Shown here one piece after another: positions 52,257-64,000 of a stretch of DNA of 64,000 nucleotides. Numbering within the stretch: the stretch's first letter is position 1; the number at the start of each line of letters is the position of its first letter. The notes below the pieces were generated by a model. That model had not been told where the DNA came from. It searched no databases and was given only the letters and a program-made list of their open reading frames with translations. Made by a program: the position numbers and the translations under genes. Source of the DNA: Eledone cirrhosa (Eukaryota); assembly GCA_964016885.1 (NCBI GenBank), contig OZ024743.1:245458001-245522000 (forward strand), read 5' to 3'.

Positions 52257-52522
52257 AAGAAATATATATACATTTCTGTGTGTGTAATATATATATACAC
52301 ACACAGAAATATATATACATTTCTGTGTGTGTAATATATATATATACACACAGAAATATATATACATTTCTGTGTGTGTAATATATATATATATACACAC
52401 AGAAATATATATACATTTCTGTGTGTGTAATATATATATATATATATATACACACACAGAAATATATATACATTTCTGTGTGTGTAATATATATATATAT
52501 ATACACACACAGAGAAATATAT
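52257..52522. repeat. Minisatellite of about 41-51 bp with self-complementary units
   Basis: ACACACAGAAAT(AT)nACATTTCTGTGTGT, about 6 units. Confidence 0.9.
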
Positions 52523-52776
52523 GGGCATTTCTCTGTTTGTCTGTCTGTCTGTCCTTCCCTAAAACTCAAATGTAGGTGCTACAGAAATATTACCTTCCCC
52601 TTCCTTTCTCCACTTTGGTACTACCAAAAGAAACACTGTCGCTATAGAAACATTACCTTCCCCTCTCCACTGACTTTGGTCACTGAGGCCGAGGGAATCG
52701 CTGGTTGCTATAGAGACACCTTGCACAAGCCAGAAGTAACCAGTTCGAGGCGGTTCTGACTTGACACCATGCCAAG

Positions 52777-53290
52777 TCTACTTATAATATATAATGGGCA
52801 TTTCTCTGTTTGTTTGTCTGTCTGTCCATCTGTAAAAAATGCCAAGGAAACAAATAGACGCGGTTTCAAATCTCTATGCTTTTCAAATTCATTACATTAA
52901 TCTTTATTTATACGTTTCGCTTTAAGAGTGTTTCGACTTACGAGTGTTTCGGCTTACGAGTGTTTCGGCTTATCATTATATATAAACGTTTCTATTTCCA
53001 TCGTTTTATCGTAAACGTTTATATATTTCCATCGTTATATCATAACGTTTATGTATCATAACGTTTATATTTCCGTCACTAATCTCTTTTTTTCCTTTTT
53101 CGTTTTAACATATATTTATTTCAAAGATTTCACCGTATAGATAACATATATATTTATACATGCATAAAAGACACACCGAGAGACGGTGAACATGTGGTGC
53201 CGAAAACATTTTTCATCCAAATCTCAACAATATCAGTATACACACTAGATTTGCTAGCAGAAAACCGCCCACCGGGTGGTTTTCTGCTAG
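52777..53290 (+). mobile_element. Probable non-autonomous Helitron
   Basis: 5' TCTACTTATAATATATAA; 3' palindrome ending in CTAG at 53290; similar 5' ends near 51656, 52520 and 61680. Confidence 0.55.
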
Positions 53291-58070
<4,780 letters not shown>

Positions 58071-58081
58071 GTATATATATA

Positions 58082-61000
58082 TGGTGCGTTATGGTCCACC
58101 TGGTTTCTTACCACACTTCCTTCGTTATCTAGCTCCTATTCCCGTAGTAGAGCACTTTCCGACCCTACCACGCCGTATCCAGACTTTTCCGCTAAGCTCA
58201 ATTTCTTTCACCCGCACCATGCGAAAACACAACATCTACTTTTCTACCAAGAACATCCCAATCCCACCGAAAAAACTCTACCTTCGGATGCTCACGCAAA
58301 AAATCGATCTATTTGCGAAAAGAAGACTTAGATGGAGAACTTTTTTCTACGACAGATATTGCGACAATCAGGACTTCGGCACCAAGGAGAGATTCGGATT
58401 TATTACCTACAAATCTCCCCCCCCCCCCGAACCCTTTGCTCTCACCCTTCGAGAATGACCTCTTCCAACTGGTCAAGAACATTAAATTCAAACCCAGACA
58501 CAACCGATTCCTACAAAAACTTCGTAGCAACTTAACAGAGTATGATAACACCAATGACATCATGGTGCATTCGGATAAAACTGGGAACCTATACTTTGTC
58601 AACCCTGACAGATACCACACACTGATCAGGAGCAGCCTGAACTCCACCTATAAAAAGGCCAACCACTCATGCATCGAGGACATAAATCGAGATGGACAAC
58701 AAATTACCTCCAGCCTCGGGGTCGCCGACCGCACGGACCCCCTAGACCCACGGACACCCTACTTCACACTGAAGGTCCACAAATCCGATTTCGATCGTAA
58801 ACCCTCTATCAGGCTTATTAACCCAAAGAAGTCCGACATAGGGAGAATCAGCAAAAAAATCCTAGACCGCGTGATACCAAAAGTCAAGCAACACGCCCGA
58901 CTTAGCCTATGGATCAACACCCAGGAAGTAATCTCATGGTTCAGCAATATGGAGGATAAATGAGACACTAAATTCATCCAGTTCGACAGAGAGAGCTACT
59001 ATGCTTCAATCACCTTACCGCTACTTACTGCTGCCTTGGACTTCGCCGAAGCACTTGTGCCCATCACGACCAGGAAAGAATAATCATCCTCCACGCCAGG
59101 AAGACAGTCTTACACTTTGACAACTCCAAATGGATAAAAAGAGCTCCCGACTCACCCTTCGACGTCAGCATGGGCGCGACGGATTCGGCGGAGGTCACAG
59201 ATCTTAGAGGATTATTCCTAATAGCCAAACTCACCGATATGTTTCCTGCATTCGGTGGTGGATTGTACCGTGATGATGGGCTCCTTACCCTTAAAGGGTA
59301 CAACCCCAGTAGTACAGATCGGGTCCGGAAACAATTAATCAGCTTCTTCCGCGACTGGGGATTTAAAATAACCCTACAAACGTCCCTGACCCGAGTAAAC
59401 TTCCTGGACGTTACCCTCGACCTCGATAACGACCTGTACTACCCATACAGGAACCTAATGACAACCTGCACTACATCCACCGCCGATCAAACCATTCTAG
59501 GAACATCACCAACAACCTGGTCAAAAACATCTCCCTCCGCATATCTCGTTTGTCCGCTAATGAGCAGATATTTGATGAACATGCGCCTTATTACAACCAG
59601 GCCCTCAAGCGGAGTGGTTTCCGGGAGGAAATATCCTACTGTCCAGCTCCCATTAGCGGAACCAGCAGGCGACACCGCCGCTCACGCAAATTAACATGGT
59701 TCAATCCTCCCCACAACGCAGAGGTGACAACTCCCATCGGGAAAATATTCTTTAGGCTCATTGAAAAACACTTCCCACTACAACACCGCTTCCACAACAT
59801 AATTAACAAAAATACCATCAAACTCTCTTACAGCACTACACCAAACTTCGCACAAAACATCGTCTCCTCCAACAACAAAAAACTCAACCCCGATGGAAGA
59901 AATAACCTAAATAGCAGTGGAGAGCCGACCAGGAGGTGCAACTGTCCTGATAGATCCATTTGCCCCCTCGACAACAGATGCAGAGACCGTAACGTGATCT
60001 ACCAGTGCAACGTGAGGACGGACACCTCCAACAAAGCTTATATAGGATTAACCGCATGTGACTTCAAGACCCGGCTATACCAACACAGACATACCTTCCG
60101 AAACCCGGCCCGGTGTCACGCCACTACACTTTCGGGCCACATATGGGACCTCAAGGACAACAACATCACCTATGATCTCACTTGGAGATTACTGAGATTA
60201 CTGTCCAGAGCCAATTCTTACACGGGAGGACGCTATCCGTGCACTTTATGCTCGGAGGAAACTTTACAAATGCTGTTTTAGACGGACCAATTCCTAAACA
60301 AGAAAGATGAACTGGTTACTGCATGTAAACACAGATTGCATAGGACTTACCTCGCCCTCAAACCCCATAATGACCCGGGGGGGGGGGGGGGGTAGACTTG
60401 GGCTATAACACCCCATTTGCCGATTTTGTAACGGGTAACCCCTGCTTGCCAAGGGAGACGTAAGATCTTCTTTTATATTCTTTTATCGCTTCCTCTATAT
60501 TTCCTTCTTCCCCCCATCCCTCCCTAGTCCTTCTACCCCAGTTCTTTTTCTTTGTCGGCGTATTTTTCTCGCCCACCCGAGGCAGCCCCTCGGCCCCTTG
60601 TAGCCTCAGTACCCCCCCTCCCCCTATTCTACGATAGATTTGACGGACTCCGCTTTTTATAGCAGTTGTGTTAGACCTCGGATTCTTGCCCCCTTATCCG
60701 ACCGCTGCGCCCTTTTTTCCGTGCCTTCTATATTTCTTAGTGGCATCCTTGCTTTAATTTCTCGTTTATTCAGTATTTCTTTCTTCTCCTTTCTTTTTTT
60801 TTGGGGGGTGGGGGGGGGGGGGATTCTGACTTAATTTTCCGTATTTTACTTTTACTTCGTACGAACTTTCATGTAGCTTGTATAAGAACTTCTGTAGCGT
60901 GGCGGTACCCTTAGAGTTAGCATTAGTATATTTTTTCGGGACTCTGAATTATTATTTCGTACTAGTTTACTTTTCTGCACTGGGTGGTTGCTGGTCTTGT

Positions 61001-61644
61001 GCCTGGGTAGAAACCTTTATTAACTATTTCGTGGTAGTTTCTTTAGTATTTCCCCCCCCCCCCTCTTGTTGACCCGTCACCGTATGATATACGTACTTAT
61101 ACCTCTTAAAAGGGTCCATTCTTACTCCGTCCCACCTAGTTTATTTATTTATTATTTTATTTTTTTATTTTTATTTATTTATTTATTCATTTATTTATTT
61201 ATTTATTTATTTATTTAGCCTAGCAATAGCGAGAGACTTAGGTCGTAGAAATTGCTTATTTTTTTTCTTTACATTTATTCGCTTTTTATCACTCTCAGTA
61301 TGTTTTTATCCTTTATTGTTCTACTTACCATTTCGACTTCCCCCCCCCCTAGTATCTTCTTTGACCTCACGCCCAGCTGTAGCCGGCAATACCAACGCAT
61401 GAATGGGTCGACCCAACCCCTCCCCTTCTTCTCCTACTGGCAGGTTTAGCTACCCCTTTCCCCACTAATTTGCCATCACAGAATTACTACTAACTTGTGA
61501 CCAATCCTTGTGACAATCACTTTGACCATATATGGAAAGGACACCTTGAGAATCTCGGCTATTTAAATACCAGGATAAATTTTCATTTAGTCCAGAATTA
61601 GCCGTCGAAACGGCTTGAGCTCAGCCGTCGGGGTCTTACTGGTT

Positions 61645-61647
<3 letters not shown>
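58082..61647 (+). mobile_element. PLE family B, copy 2 (frameshifted ORF about 58219-60395, long 3' UTR, degenerate pLTR)
   Basis: Homologous throughout to copy 1; GGLYRDDGL; GIY-YIG. Confidence 0.93.
61533..61647 (+). ncRNA. Degenerate family B hammerhead
   Basis: CC-TTGAGAA..CGGCT/AGCCG..GAAACGGC..GCCGTC^GGGG; U3:A8 kept, position 7 changed. Confidence 0.55.
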
Positions 61648-61689
<42 letters not shown>

Positions 61690-61961
61690 GAAAATGTCTG
61701 TCTGTCTGACTGTGTGTGTCTGTTCCGCAGCAACTTTTGTTCCGCAAGGCCGATTTTCAAAATTTCTTTTGTAATCAACCACAAACTTATCTTATCAGGG
61801 CAGGTCGACACGACATTTCGAATGATCGACTCCGCCTTTGTCCAGGTAAAAAATCGATAAAACTGACTATAGGTACGATATAGAGAAAAAATCTCTATAT
61901 CTATAAAAATGAAAAAGAAAGAGTGAGAGTGAAAGAAACAGACAGACTAAAAGAGGGGGAT

Positions 61962-62002
<41 letters not shown>

Positions 62003-62776
62003 TGGACGCTGTGTTTGATACTTGACAGTGGAAGAGGGGAAGGAAAGCTATGACTAATTAACATGTGTGCGTGTGTGTGCGCGTGCGTATGTGTGTGTGT
62101 TCGTGCAGCGTTCCAGTAAGAGTTAAATCTATTAACATGTGTGTGTACGTGCACATGTGCGTGCGTGAGTTTGCGTGCGTTTGAGCGTTTGCGTGCGTGA
62201 GTGTGTGTGTGTATATATATATACACACCACATATATATATGTAATATATATATATGTGAAGTAATTCCGTCGGAAAACTCCAGGAAAAAAGAGTGCTCT
62301 ATGTAGGTAACAGAGCTTAATAGTTATGTAATAAACAACATAAGGCAATTATTCCATTTACCAGTGGTTTCTTAAAAGCAAAAAATTTTGCTTTCAATCA
62401 TCAGAATGAAAAAATCCTGGTCTGTTTATTGAATTTGGATTTTAGAAAACAAAAATGCAATCTATATGAAAGTGAGGCTGGAGAAGGAAGAAGGAAAGGA
62501 AAAATAAAATAAAATAAAAACACAGATGCAAACACACACACAAATGCATACATACACACACACATATATATATATATATATACATACACTCATACATACA
62601 CATACACATATACACATATATATGTGTATATATATATACACATACATATACACATACATACACACATAAATATCAACACATCCATACATACACATACATA
62701 TATACAACTACACACACATATATACACACATATATATAGAAATATAAATATAAATATATATGTATGTGTATGTGTA

Positions 62777-62810
<34 letters not shown>

Positions 62811-63195
62811 TACACATACACATACATAGCCATACACACATACATATACATACATACACACAATCATACCTATATACACACGTACATACATACAGATGCA
62901 TAAATGCATACATATGCATGTACAAAATTAGAAAAATATACACACACCTCTACATATTCACACACGCAAATAAATGTAAGAAAAAATATATATAAAAATA
63001 AAATAATAAAAACTATTATACAGTTGACAGCGATACAGGCAAAGAATAAATGAACAAACACGCGTGGTAAGCAATACACACAAATGCACGTACACATACA
63101 TACGTAAAAATAAATACATACACACACTCTCACACATAAATATACATATACAAATACATAAACACATACATACGCATACACAAATACATACACAA

Positions 63196-63238
<43 letters not shown>

Positions 63239-63360
63239 TACATATATATATATATATATATAAATACACATACACATATACACACATATATATATATACA
63301 CACACACACACACATACATAGCTATACAATTATACACATACAAATACGTACATATCACAA

Positions 63361-63438
<78 letters not shown>

Positions 63439-64000
63439 AAAACTCAATCTTAGATAATTCGTATGAACCTCATATAACTCCAAAATATACATATACATAT
63501 ATATAGTAATGTAATAAACAACATAAGGCAATTATTCAATTCACCAGTGGTTTCTTAAAAGCAAAAAATGTTGCCCTCAATCATCAGAATGAAAAAAACC
63601 TGGTCTATCTATCTATATATATATATATACACACATATATATATATACATATACACATACACATACATACACATACATTTTGGTATGTGATGGGTAAGGC
63701 AAAGAAAAATATATATGGGGGGGGGTAGGAGGGGGGGGGTAAATGACATAGGAAAAGGTGAAATATAAGGGGAGATAAGGGAGAAAAAGAATACAAGAGT
63801 ACAGAACGTGGATTCAGCAGGTAAAAAAAAAACCGTAGTAGAAGTAAAGAGCAGAGAAGGAGTTCAAGGCGGTTGAGTTATCATAGGAATGTCAATCCAG
63901 TTACAGATCAGATGTGGTTTCAGATGAGGACAACATCTGAAGATCTCTGTCTTTGAGTTTAGGCAAGCAGAAGTGGCTCTCAAGTTTAGCAAAATCCTAT

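Noticed and set aside
52257-52522. Palindromic repeats resembling CRISPR
   Set aside because: The spacers are only variable (TA)n, the context is eukaryotic, and no cas genes are present.
62325-63607. Direct repeat of about 95 bp (62325-62423 and 63508-63606)
   Set aside because: Real but uninformative; no TSD, TG..CA termini or ORF to suggest an LTR element.

Overview
This is AT-rich, microsatellite-dense eukaryotic DNA, probably cephalopod (Octopus-like, inferred only from SINE and microsatellite style), with one assembly gap (25092-25291) and no confident host protein-coding gene. It is a nest of decayed transposons. These are at least five Penelope-like element (PLE) families (RT + C-terminal GIY-YIG, direct and inverted pLTRs), a same-strand stack of Tx1/L1-clade LINEs, R4/Dong-like RLE LINEs sitting in microsatellites, an RTE 3' end, a decayed Rep/Pif1 Helitron with non-autonomous relatives, two mariner relics, MITEs, tRNA-derived SINEs and a U6 retropseudogene. 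The unexpected layer is RNA: about 18 hammerhead ribozyme (HHR) motifs in about 9 sequence families, all found and folded by eye. Three copies (two sequence variants) are a non-circularly permuted hammerhead, with strand order cleavage strand, GAAA strand, CUGAUGA strand, supported by compensatory changes in four helices. Four unrelated families replace the C3:G8 core pair with U3:A8, and two of these have very long stem II inserts. No cleavage activity has been tested.
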